Shown here: positions 24,986 to 37,800 of the stretch, one piece after another
How positions within the stretch are numbered: position 1 is the first letter of the stretch
Layout: every line of letters starts with the position of its first letter
Assembly: GCA_951406725.2 (NCBI GenBank)
Contig: OX597815.1
Span: 34,038,001 to 34,102,000 of the forward strand
DNA: 64,000 nt
Origin: Octopus vulgaris
Taxonomy: Eukaryota
Reading direction: 5' to 3'
Translations under genes and position numbers: made by a program
The notes under the pieces: model-generated
Seen by the model: only the letters and a program-made list of their open reading frames with translations
Told to the model about the DNA's origin: nothing
Database searches by the model: none

Positions 24986-25209
24986 CTATTTATAAATGTT
25001 CTGAAAGCTTTCATAGCCTTGGATTTTTATCTCATTCTGTTAATTTTTATATATATACACATGCTGATATATGACATACGTTGGACTCCTCATTCGCATA
25101 ATCACCGAACCTAGAGCTTAACTATAGTCTTCAATAGAACTTACTCGGCATTACCTGATACCTTTGGGTCTTCTTGACACTATTACCTCTCATAACCTCA
25201 ATTTCTCGT

Positions 25210-25254
<45 letters not shown>

Positions 25255-25357
25255 TTCAAACGCACAGAAAACAAAAGGCAGAGAGCGGCAGACAAGCGAA
25301 GGAACGAGGGAACAATAAGTATTTGTATTGGTTTGACGCTCGAAAAAAATGGAAAAA

Positions 25358-25393
25358 TTTTGACGTTTCGAGCCTATGCTCTTCGACAGAAAG
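25358..25393 (-). ncRNA. Ultra-minimal hammerhead-like motif in a (TA)n-embedded repeat (~25252-25527)
   Basis: Minus strand: cttt-CTGTCGA-a-gagc atag gctc-GAAA-CGTC-aaaa. Confidence 0.5.
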
Positions 25394-25938
25394 GGATGAG
25401 AGGAAAATAAATGAAGAGACAGGGGAGAGAGAGAGAGAGAAAGAAAGAGAAATAAAGAGAGAAAGAGCGAGAGAGAGAGAGAAATATATAGAGAAAAATG
25501 TGTCGGGATTAACAGTTTCACATGCTAGTATATATATATATATATATACATATATATGTGTGTGAGTGTGTGTGTTTGTATGTATATATGTATATATATA
25601 TATATATGTATTACCGTATAATGGCATCTATGCCTAACTGAATACCACAGTTTCTGTACAGCTGTAGATTCTGATGGTGGTCACAGAGATGGTAGTAAGT
25701 TTAGTTTTAGATATTGGTGAGTGCAGTAATTCCTTCTGGCCATGGGTATTTTAGGTGCGTAAATGTGATTTTGCTTTGCCTCGAGGCTTTTCAGTGGCTG
25801 CTATTTCTAGAAGGTCATGTGTAAGATTGTTGGGGATTGGCGTAAGTGAAGCAGTTATACATAAATATAATTTTTACTCAACTTCGCTTCTTCACAATTA
25901 AGATATTTATCTTTTCTCTAATATTTTTAAAATATCAG

Positions 25939-26012
25939 ATTCCAAAACAAAACACAATTCTATTCAGAAGACAGTGATTGAAAAAACTATTTCTTCCGAT
26001 ACAAAGTCAAAG
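25939..26012 (+). CDS. Coding exon (SKTKHNSIQKTVIEKTISSDTKSK)
   Basis: atatcag acceptor, AAG|gtaaat donor, phase 1 to 0, open frame. Confidence 0.65.
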
Positions 26013-26654
26013 GTAAATATGTCTTTATAATAACTTCACCATTCAATTTTGTTAGCTTTGATCAAGTTAATTCAGTAGAGTCGCAACTAAACGAATTAAT
26101 CGTCTTTCGATGACCGGTCAAACGTCTGTTTGTTCCAATGCGGCTATTACTTAAGACAAAGATATGTTACTCGCTTTGGTTTAATTCATTCAGCTGTAAA
26201 TAAGTTGTGAATAAGTGCAGCTTTATACGTGCAAGCAGCTGGTGCAGTGTGTTAATAAGCGAGTGTTTTATTCGTTTGGAGTTTTGAACTTGTATTGATA
26301 GATCTCTCAACGCAGCCTTATTCAGCAAATTTCTATCATCATAACAGCAAGCTAGGACTCTGATATCAAGAAATAATTATTCAAAGTCTTATTATACGTT
26401 TCTTGAAACTCTTGCATATTTTGAAACACGCTCGCGCTCACGCATCCAAACACACACACACACACACACATGCGCGCACACACACATTCACAGCACACAT
26501 AGATATGTTCAGAAAGAAGCACAGGTTCATAGACATATCTACCTACCTACCTACCTACCTACCTACCTACCTACCTACCTACCTACCAACCTACCTACCT
26601 ACCTACCTACCTACCTATCTACTTACCTACATACATACATACCATAATTCGGTG

Positions 26655-26698
26655 ACAATGACTTTGAAGTTTCAGTTCCCTCGTCTTCATCAGATTAT
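26655..26698 (-). ncRNA. Hammerhead-like motif with canonical core and weak stem II
   Basis: Minus strand: ataat-CTGATGA-agacgagggaact-GAAA-ctt ca aag-TC-attgt. Confidence 0.5.
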
Positions 26699-26720
26699 CT
26701 GATAAAGACAAGCAAAAAAT

Positions 26721-26775
<55 letters not shown>

Positions 26776-26879
26776 TTCAAAGTTGATTCTAAATAATCAT
26801 TTTACTCGGCAGTATTTAGTTTATATTGCAATTCACTTCAGAGTGAAACAGCAATCAACTCTCTCTTTCTTTCTTTCTT

Positions 26880-26948
<69 letters not shown>

Positions 26949-26950
26949 AT

Positions 26951-26997
<47 letters not shown>

Positions 26998-27056
26998 CAT
27001 ATGTACGAGTGTACACAGACATATCAAATGTAGTTGTACACGTTATATAATTTTGC

Positions 27057-27131
<75 letters not shown>

Positions 27132-27532
27132 TGTACTCCAACATATTAAATATGGTTGTACACGCTATATAATTTTGTGTATATATATATATATATATAT
27201 ATATGGAGAGATAGAATAGATAGACAGATATATATATAGAGAGAGATTGTGTGTTGATTACCGTTTCACGCTTAAGGGAATTGCAATAAAAACTAAATAC
27301 TGTTAAGTAGCGTGGAACAATTATTTACAGAAAGCTTTGAATAAATATTACTATATACACGCGCGCGCGCACACATACACACGCACATACATACACCCCT
27401 CTCTCTCAGCTCTCTTTCTCTCCTCTCTACGTATGTGCGTATGTAAGTTTTTTTAAGCCGAAATTACATAATTTTTGCCAATCTTCAAGTAATCAGTATA
27501 TCAAATGAAACAATTTTGTATTTATATATAAG

Positions 27533-27689
27533 AGTGGCTGTGTGGTAAGTATCTTGCTTACCAGCCACATGGTTCCGGGTTCATTCCTACTGCGTGGCAC
27601 CTTGGGCACGTGTCTTCTGCTATAGCCTCGAGCCGACCAAAGCCTTGCGAGTGGATTTGGTAGACGGAAACTGAAAGAAGCCTGCCGTA

Positions 27690-27762
<73 letters not shown>

Positions 27763-27975
27763 ATATGTTTGTGTGTCTGTGTTTGTCCCCCCAACATCAC
27801 TGACAACCGAAGGTGGTGTGTTTACGTCTCCATAACCTAGCAGTTTGGCAAAAGAGAACGATAGAATAAGTACTAGGTTTCCAAAGAATAAGTCCTGGGG
27901 TCGATTTGCTCGACTAAAGGCAGTGTTCCAGCATGGCCGCAGTCAAATGGCTGAAACAAGTAAAAAAGTAAAAAA
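27533..27975 (+). mobile_element. SINE family B, full length
   Basis: agtggctgtgtggtaag...gggttcattcct head, internal (TA)n, tail ccagcatggccgcagtcaaatggctgaaacaagtaaaa. Confidence 0.9.
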
Positions 27976-28241
27976 GGACAAATGATGCACACCGTTCATT
28001 AAACACGTTAAGAATAATACTTTCTGAATTAGTTAGAACGTTGTTTTATAAGGTTTTCAGGCAACAAATAAATACTTTTTAAGAAAAGAAATGGACAGTT
28101 GCAATACGTAAATTCAGCATGAAATCACTCGCATCTATATTTGATAAAGTAATGAAAAATGCTAGTATACGGTTATTCAATACAACATCAGATAGGTCTG
28201 TCAGCAAAGCAGGCCCTTGTTACAACGAAGCGTTAAATGAA

Positions 28242-28534
28242 ATAAAGTGATGGTATGTTGCCAACTTAAAGTGGCAGTCCCATGAAAGGGAAGAATGCTG
28301 CTGCTGTTTAGCCATAGGAAACACCGTTTCCAGTTGACCACGACACATTTTCTGTGTCCTTATGTTTTCAAAGGGGAGATAAGCACCTGAAAATTACCTC
28401 CCCTGTGAAAACATAAAGACATAAAAAATGTGTCGTGACCAATTGGAAACAGTGTTTCCTAGGGCTAAATAGCAGCAGCATTCTTCCTTTTCATAGGACT
28501 GCCACATTAAGTTGGCAACATACCATAACTTTAT
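28242..28534. repeat. Imperfect long inverted repeat (~140 bp arms), MITE/fold-back candidate
   Basis: ataaagtgatggtatgttgccaactt... pairs with ...aagttggcaacataccataactttat. Confidence 0.8.
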
Positions 28535-28985
28535 CGTGTTACTACTGTATAAATCTCTCTGAGAGATTTAGAAATGTAATATTTCAATTCAAATGAAATA
28601 GAAGACGTAAAAATCATTAAAACTACAAAAAAACACAAAAACCACTTGGTTCAATGCCTCGTTCAGAACATATTACAATGAAGCGTTAAAACTAAGCGGG
28701 TTTAAAGGAAACAAAAAGTTTTATATAGATATTATCAGTTTTTAGTCACATCAGAACAGAAAACGTAAAATCAATTTGACATTTGAATTTAATACTTAAA
28801 AGTTAATTTAATTTAATATTTCAACTAGCAGCCAAGGAAGTGTTAAATATGCAAATTCATTTATCCAGTTTACCTAAGCCCCTAATATCAGTGGTTTTTT
28901 TAGAAATGTATTCGCGGGTAGTTGAGGAAGGTGTTCTGCTGCTGTTGAGACGCTAAACAACTGTTCTGCCATTTTCTGTCCACAA

Positions 28986-29565
28986 GGGCGGTGAGCTGGT
29001 AGAATCGTTAGCATGCCAGGAGAAATGCTTAGCGGTATTTCGTGTCTTTACGTTCTGAGTTCAAATTCTGCCGAGGTCGACTTTGCCTTTCGTCCTTTCG
29101 GGGTCGATAAATTAAGTACCAGTTACGCACTGGGTTCGATGTAATCGACTTAATCCGTTTGTCTGTCCTTGTTTGTCCTCTCTGTGTTTAGCCTCTTGTG
29201 GGTAGTAAAGAAATAGGCATTTCGTCTGCCGCTACGTTCTGAGTTCAAATTCTGCCGAGGTCGACTTTGCCTTTCATCCTTTCGGGGTCAATTAAATAGG
29301 TACCAGTTACGTACTGGGTCGATGTAATCGACTTAATCCGTTTGTCTGTCCTTGTTTGTCCTCTCTGTGTTTAGCCCCTTGAGGGTAGTAAAGAAATAGG
29401 TATTTCGTCTGTCTTTAGGTTCTGAGTTCAAATTCCGCCGAGGTCGACGTTGCCTTTCATCCTTTCGGGGTCAATTAAATAGGTACCAGTTACGCACTGG
29501 GGTCGAAGTAATCGACTTAATCCCTTCCCCCAAATGTGAGACCTTGTGCTCCCAGCAGAAAGGAT
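28986..29565 (+). mobile_element. SINE family A trimer
   Basis: One head and three core units; junctions aaataggcatttcgtc (~29215) and aaataggtatttcgtc (~29398). Confidence 0.9.
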
Positions 29566-30438
29566 TTTCTGTCCACGATCATATTGCGGATATAGACATA
29601 ATATTTACAAACGTCATAACATACAGCATTGACTAAAAACCTGTAGACATGTTCTATTGTACATTAGCAATAAAAATCATTTGTTTCGACGCTTTATTCA
29701 GTCTCAATTTAAGTCGAGTACTAATAGCATTATGAATACATTTTACTTACTAGATATACATTGAGTATGGAATCAGAAATTTTTATAAATTTCTTAATAG
29801 AAATAATCTTAGATTTAGCCTTAAATGTGTACATAAATTTTGCAGTAGAAAACATCAGAAGTAGAGAGCTTAAGCAACCGTCTCCATCTAATACTTCCTA
29901 CTCGTGTGGCTGTATTTAAGCACTGTAAATTGTTCATTATTTAACTCATGTATTTTGAAATCATCAATTTATTGCCGAACTATATTCATAGCTGATAATT
30001 CGTTTATAAAACCTATACTTGTTTCAGTGAAAATAAAATTAAGAAATAATTTAATCAGTATCTACATTCTTTATGAAATCCCCAAAAAATGTTAAGAGAA
30101 AAATCTATCAAAATACATATGGACTTTGTAAAATAACAACGTTAAAAACTATAAAAAGAAGCTAGGAATATATTAAAACATGCCAAGCTAAGAAACTGGA
30201 TAGCTACGGTCGTGATCTTTGCCGTCTTGTCAAAATGAATGAATTATTTTTTTAAAGACACCATCTTAAACACCCTTTCAGAGTTGGTATGCTTTTGCTG
30301 TCAAAAATAAAATTATTTCAAATATTTTGAATAATTAGCTAATGACTGATAACCAAAATAGATACGAAATACATTCATCCCTATGTCCATATGGGTTGAG
30401 TGTTCTTTCTTCTTTTCCGTTCTTTACCAAGTGCATAT

Positions 30439-30532
<94 letters not shown>

Positions 30533-30656
30533 GCACGCACATACACACGCACCATATGCATGCGCACTCGCATATATTAGCATGCCCGCAGACAAATGAT
30601 TATATTATATACCTAGACATATAATACTGAACGTCTCCATATATATATATTTCCAG

Positions 30657-30714
30657 AATTGGGAATCGTCAGAAATGAGCAAAACAAGTCTCATTCAGTC
30701 TATTAGTGCAGACC
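30657..30714 (+). CDS. Coding exon (NWESSEMSKTSLIQSISAD)
   Basis: tttccag acceptor, C|gtaagt donor, phase 0 to 1, compatible with the previous exon. Confidence 0.65.
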
Positions 30715-31064
30715 GTAAGTATTCTTTATTTCATTTCCAAAACCATTACTACCCTTGGTAGGATCGTTATAGCGCCAGATAAAATGTCATACGGTAATAG
30801 CTTACGCTTCTAGTTGAAATCCAACCAAGGTCAACTTTGCCGATTACTGGGGTCGATATAATCGAACTGACAACACTCCTCAAATTTCAGGCCATGTGAC
30901 AATGGAAGATAGTATGATATTCATCATATTTCATTATCTTTGAGGCGAGTATCTACTGCACCGCAAGATGCTTCTCTTCTTCCTGGGACGTGTGCAGCAT
31001 CGTCTTTTGGGAATTCAGGTTCATATAAATTTTGCATTGTCGTGGGCTTTGTTTTATTTGTAGA

Positions 31065-31383
31065 AGGTGCGTGGCTTAGTGGTTAGGGTATTCGGATGAC
31101 GGTCATCAGGTTATGAGTTCGATTCTCGGCGGCGCGTTGTGTCCTTGAACAAGACACTATATTTTATGTTGCTCCAGTCCACTCAGCTGGCAAAAATGCG
31201 TAGTACCTGTACTTCACAGGGCTGTCCTCGTCACAGTCTGTGTCGTACTGAATCTCCCTGAGAACTATGTTAAGGGTATGCGTGTCTGTGGAATGCTCAG
31301 CCACTTGAACGTTAATTTCACGAACAGCCTGTTCCGTTGATCGGATCAACTGGAACCCTCGTCGTCGTAACCAACGGAGTACC
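31065..31383 (+). mobile_element. SINE family C, full length (tRNA-derived)
   Basis: A box tggcttagtgg, B box gagttcgattct, then gtccttgaacaagacact...gctccagtccactcagctg. Confidence 0.85.
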
Positions 31384-32819
31384 ACTTTTTTGTTTTTTGT
31401 ATCTGGTTATTTTAGTGTTTTATTTGTTGTATATAGTTCGTATAGCATGGGTTGTTTTTTGCTGTATAGTCTCAGGTGATTGCTTATTAAGCAGACCCAT
31501 GACTAAAGGATTTCTGATCGTGACCATTCCATCTAGGACTACGTTTTGCAATGTTTTTTTTTAACATATTAGGGTATGATTTGAGGAAATGATTAGGAAA
31601 TTTGGCTACTATCTGTAGAATGTTGAGCGAGGGCATAGAAGCGCCTTTGTTGGCTGTGAGCTGTACTATTTTGTTTGAAGGGGTGTTCGTATTTTGTATG
31701 TGATTCATGTCTTAATAGCAGGGATGGGGGGTGTAGGGTATATGGTATGTGAGTTGTGCGATATTATCGAGTAGTAACTGTTTACAATGTGAGTTGAGTG
31801 AGCCGTTGGTGTTATAATCGATTTCGTAAAAGTATGTGCTGTGTTATTTTATTGGGTGGAAATTGTGTAAGATTCAACGCCGTATCAGGGATGTCACTGC
31901 TTCCTGTGTCTCATTTTAAGAGGCAATCCTCTCGGTGCATTGGATATTCAATAAAGATTAAAGAGCCAAAATTTGTAAAGAAGTTTTGAAAAAGAGGACA
32001 CACCTGATAGACTGAGGACGTTATGTCAAGCGGCTCCGATAGAAGTTATTAAATCCTGGCCACCAAGCACTTGCCTTTTTATAATAGAAGACAACAAATT
32101 GATTACACCAAGCTACTGTACGTGCAATACATAAGTAAGTACATACATAAACAAACGCACGCACGTATTTGATAAATAAAAAGGATCCCTTAAAAATAAG
32201 GGACAACTTTTCTGAGAAGAACAGGATAGCCTCAAAATACAAGAAAGTCTTTGCCGTCACCAAGTAAATACATACTCACAGTTATTCCAAGTTCGGGGCA
32301 TTTATCTCTGACAAATTTGTCACTTTCTCACGATCTTATGCATTTTACTTGAAAATGTATCACTTTTCCCCTTACAATGACAAAATGATAATGATTTGTT
32401 AGTGAAGTAAAAGCGATTGTAAACAGCGGGTGAGACAAAAGGGAAAGATACTTTTTACAAATCTGTTGCATAAATAAATAATATATATACATAATATTGA
32501 TGCACCACAGTAACAAGAAAGACATTCACATGTATACGGATATGATACAAGAGATACACAATACAAAAGTTGTGTCTCTTCTACACACACACACACATAG
32601 AGGGCTAGCAACCGAACTTACACGAGAGCAGCCATATTGAAAAATGATGAACGGACATCAGAGTGTTTGATCTCTATGAGAGGTTCTTATATCTGGTTGA
32701 AATAAAATGTGAGTGATATGCCTTATTTCTTAAGATTTCTGCAAAGACACATTTAACTCTGCCATCAGTTTCGAAACCTCTCCACTTAATGTATATATAT
32801 CAAGTTATACTATATATAT

Positions 32820-33244
32820 ACAACTTATAAACAAGGGCAAAAGAAAAAAAGTTCCAATGCCAAATATGCTGAAAATAGACTTAAGTCGTCAATAACCATA
32901 TAATTTATCACTATAGGCACGCGTCTCAAAAGCAAGCCGACAGAAATTTCTAAAAAATTTTGTTGTTATCGGATCGGCCCTGATTTCCGAGTTTATCCAT
33001 TTAGAATTTTCTCGTCATCAGTGATAAATAGAATAAGACAATAAATGAGATCGCTGATGACGAGAAAATTCTAATCGGGACCAATCCGATAATAACGAAA
33101 TTTTTTAGAAATTTCTGTCGGCTTGCTTTCGAGACGCGTGCGCGTGCCTATAGTGATAAATTATATGGTTATTGACGACTTAAGTCTATTTTCAGCATAT
33201 TTGGCATTGGAATGTTTTTTCTTTTGCCCTTGTTTATAAGTTGT
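32820..33244. repeat. Long inverted repeat (~200 bp arms, 24 nt loop) inserted in the mariner 5' UTR
   Basis: acaacttataaacaagggcaaaag... pairs with ...cttttgcccttgtttataagttgt. Confidence 0.9.
32966..33027 (-). ncRNA. Type I hammerhead ribozyme motif, canonical core
   Basis: Minus strand: ttatca-CTGATGA-cgag...ctcg-GAAA-tc agggcc ga-TC-cgataa; the mirrored arm reads atcg-CTGATGA but lacks GAAA. Confidence 0.7.
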
Positions 33245-33270
33245 TTATAGATTTGTTACAATCATCTGAA

Positions 33271-34300
33271 ATGGAACTGTCAAAGCGCGATATTCGAACA
33301 ATTTTGTTACTCAACTTCAAACAAGGACGTAAATCAGCTGAAACTGCTCGCGATATCAACGAAGCGTTTAGTGAGGAAATTGATCAGTGAGTGGGCTGCT
33401 CAAAAATGGTTTAAACGATTTCGCAGTGGAGACTTGGGCCTTGAAGATCGTGAGCGTAGTGGACACCCATCCGTCATCGATGACACTCAATTAAAGACCG
33501 TCATTAAGAAAAATCCACGTAAAACCACTCGAGAACTGGCAAAAGAAAGTTAGCCAGAAATCTGTCTGCAACCATTTGCATGCGATCGGAAAATCAAAAA
33601 AAGCTCAACAAATGTGTAGCACACGATTTGAAAGAAAATCAGAAAATGTGCAGATATGAAATTTTCTCGTCGCTTATTCTCCGTAACTTGACCAATCCAC
33701 TTTCGGACGTTATTGTAACTTGCGATGAAAAGTGGAATCTGTACAGCAGTAAAAAACGTTCTTCGCAGTGGTTGGGCCAAAATGAAGCACCGAAAATCTT
33801 CCCTAAACCTGAGCTCTTCAGAAAGAAGGTTGTGGTGACTGTTTGGTGGTGTACTGCTGGACTCATACACTATAACTTCTTAAAACCCGGAAATACCATT
33901 ACTGCAGAAACATATTGCCATGAAATGGCCAAAATGAACAAAAAACTGCTACTCCTGTCCCAGACTGGTCAACAGAAGAGGGCCAATCATTCTTCATGAC
34001 AATGCTCGACTATACGTTTCACTAATGATACTCCAGAAGTTGAGAGAACTTGGTTACAAAGTTCTTTCCCCGCCCACCAGCTTATTCCACAGACCTTTTT
34101 CCTATTGACTACCACTTAAAAAAAAAAAACTTGATAGTTTCATGTGAGAGAAGGAATTAAAAATTCAAACCGATGCTGAAAGTGCATTCAAAGAGTTCAT
34201 CAGCTCTAAAACTCCAGATTTTTATGTCACCGGAATCAACAAACTTGTAACTCGTTGGCAAAAATATGTTGATTGTAATGGTACTTACTTTGATAAATAA
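33271..34300 (+). pseudogene. Mariner (Hsmar1/SETMAR-like DD34D) transposase pseudogene
   Basis: MELSKRDIR...KWFKRFRSGD...IVTCDEKW...HDNAR...YSTDLFPIDYH...RWQKYVDCNGTYFDK*; several frameshifts and a stop. Confidence 0.92.
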
Positions 34301-34375
34301 AATTTTCTGCATTCTTGAAATATATTGTGATAAATTTCATGTTTCAAAATGTTGCTTACTTTTTTATTCAGCCTG

Positions 34376-34411
<36 letters not shown>

Positions 34412-34442
34412 AAATACATGTGAGTGAATGTATGTGTATGTC

Positions 34443-34498
<56 letters not shown>

Positions 34499-34571
34499 TA
34501 AAACGGTAAGATAACAAAAGAAAGAAAGAGACCTCAATATTATGTAAATAGAGGAAATTTATCTATACAAT

Positions 34572-34767
34572 AATATGTTACATTACTCGATAGTCAAGAT
34601 AGAACTCCGAGTTTCAGATGCCGAAGTGGGAATCCACGACATCTCTTCGGTTATCTGGCTATTTGAAAACCTATTTCAAATAGCCAGATAACCGAAGAGA
34701 TGTCGTGGATTCCCACTTCGGCATCTGAAACTCAGAGTTTTATCTTGACTATCGAGTAATGTAACAT

Positions 34768-34770
<3 letters not shown>
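34572..34770. repeat. Long inverted repeat (~97 bp arms, 5 nt loop) between (TA)n tracts
   Basis: Near-perfect complementarity around accta (34669-34673). Confidence 0.9.
34686..34745 (+). ncRNA. Hammerhead-like motif (U4C variant), mirrored in the left arm
   Basis: agataa-CCGAAGA-gatgtcg...cggcatc-t-GAAA-ctc a gag-TT-ttatct. Confidence 0.6.
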
Positions 34771-34808
<38 letters not shown>

Positions 34809-35646
34809 TATATACCACCAAATAAGTTAGGGTTTGTGGATCCAACCCACTAAGGGATAATACTTATCCAATATACTGTTGGTATACTACCCAAATTATC
34901 AATACACAAGTGTTTTTAATTGCAATGCAATTAACTTTTTGTATTAAATGGGTGAAGGTAAAGAAATAAATATTTTACCATTAATTTATAATACAAATAA
35001 GAAAATGAAGAAATAATTTAGTTTGTTCATCAGCTAAATTATTTCTCCATTTTCTTATTTATATTATATACATATATACATATATACAGACAAGACCGCT
35101 GTGTGTGATGAGTAGACTTACATCTTTTAGCCATGGGGAGGTGAATTATTTAGAAGAGAGTTTCTCCAAACAAGAACCTGGTAGGTAGATCCAATATAAT
35201 ATTTGATCTGCAACCACTTATAGTTCATTGTCTTGATGTTTTTTTAAATATTTACACTGCACTGCTTAAAATACAATTTCATCTGCATAGCAAGAATATA
35301 ATTTCTATAGACTTGTATCACAAGAATATGTACTAAAATACGTTATATTTATATATAGCGGAAAACTTCTACATAAGTTCAAGGGTAAGCATCAAGACAA
35401 GGGACGAAGATGCGAGAAAGAAGCGAAGAAAAACAAATCAAAGAATGAATGAGACACGTTCCCCTCTAAACGGATAAAGAATGGAAACTTCAAGTGATAA
35501 CCAAGATTGATGGCAAAAAGACAAAGCAATTAAACATTTTCGAAACAGATTCACACATACCTATAAGCTGAAGAGGAAATAAATAAGAAGTCTGAGGCCT
35601 ATATGAATGTGCAATCGACTAAATTTCAAACAGTAACAATGAAATT

Positions 35647-35688
35647 GTACCAGTGACCAGGTCGCAGGAATGCGACGAAAATTTTGAC
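35647..35688 (+). ncRNA. Hammerhead-like motif with G3-C8 core variant
   Basis: ca-GTGACCA-g-gtcgc aggaat gcgac-GAAA-at-TT-tgac. Confidence 0.5.
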
Positions 35689-35776
35689 TGCTCAAGAAAT
35701 AAACGAAAAGTGAATATGTGAATTTATCAGTTTTTGTGTGTTGTTTTAGTTCGTTAAACTTTTCCTCGATGTAATT

Positions 35777-37020
<1,244 letters not shown>

Positions 37021-37149
37021 CCAGCCTTGGAATATACCCTACTTTAGAATATAATATGGTAGCCAAACAACGAAACAAGACCTTTTAAATGCACGTTGCA
37101 AGGTTTTCACCTGAATTATACGTATAATGTTATAGCTGGTGTGTCAGCT

Positions 37150-37800
37150 TTAGACAGATTTTTGCTAACTAGCATGCTCACGTGAAACTTCTAATGTGAA
37201 ATGTCTCTAACATTCCTATTAAATTTTTCTAGAATCTCTTTTCGGGTACGGATATCTTCAATAGAACAGCACGTTATTATAGTGATGCACTAACGGATAA
37301 GAACTAGGAAGAAGAAAGCATTTAAATTTAATCTGCCACATAACATAGAAGCTACTAGAAACATAGTCAGGAATTTCTTGAAACTAATAGATCATTTCCC
37401 CACAGAAATACAATTAGCTCTTTAGACCAACGTTTAAGTCAAATATTCAAATGTGTATGCTCAATATAACTTCACCACCAGTTCACCATCCCAACAACCA
37501 AACTTTATCAGTTAAGTCCATCCACATGTTTGCTCAGTCTCAGTGGGTCCTCAGTGGGTCTCAGTGGGTCCTGCATAGCAAAAGATATTTTGTGATCATT
37601 ATAATTCAGGACAGAAATGAAAGGGATTAAGAAGCCTAACAGAGATAACTTTCAAGGGTCGCTACCTTCGACATCTTTACAAAAACTTATCAAGCAACAG
37701 GAAAAATTCTACGATTTTGTCATAATTCATTTGGAACTTATGAGTTTGACAAACATCGTTGACCGGGCCTTATGAAACTTTAACCAGAGCTTAGAACCCT
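37150..37800 (+). mobile_element. Degenerate Penelope-like element fragment (region around the GIY-YIG endonuclease)
   Basis: Remnants FNLPHNIEATRNIVRNFLKLIDHFP (~37327) and LTEITFKGRYLRH...KNSTILS*FIWNL (~37636-37740). Confidence 0.6.

Larger units (their letters stand above)
32690..34378 (+). mobile_element. Mariner DNA transposon relic
   Basis: Degenerate TIRs tatctggttgaaataaaa and ttttttattcagcctgata; TA on the left; contains the transposase pseudogene. Confidence 0.8.

Noticed and set aside
31065-31140. tRNA genes at SINE heads
   Set aside because: A/B boxes are present, but there is no complete cloverleaf and each continues into a SINE body.
35566-35640. CTGAAGA...aaac hammerhead candidate
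   Set aside because: GAAA is missing and stems I and III do not form.
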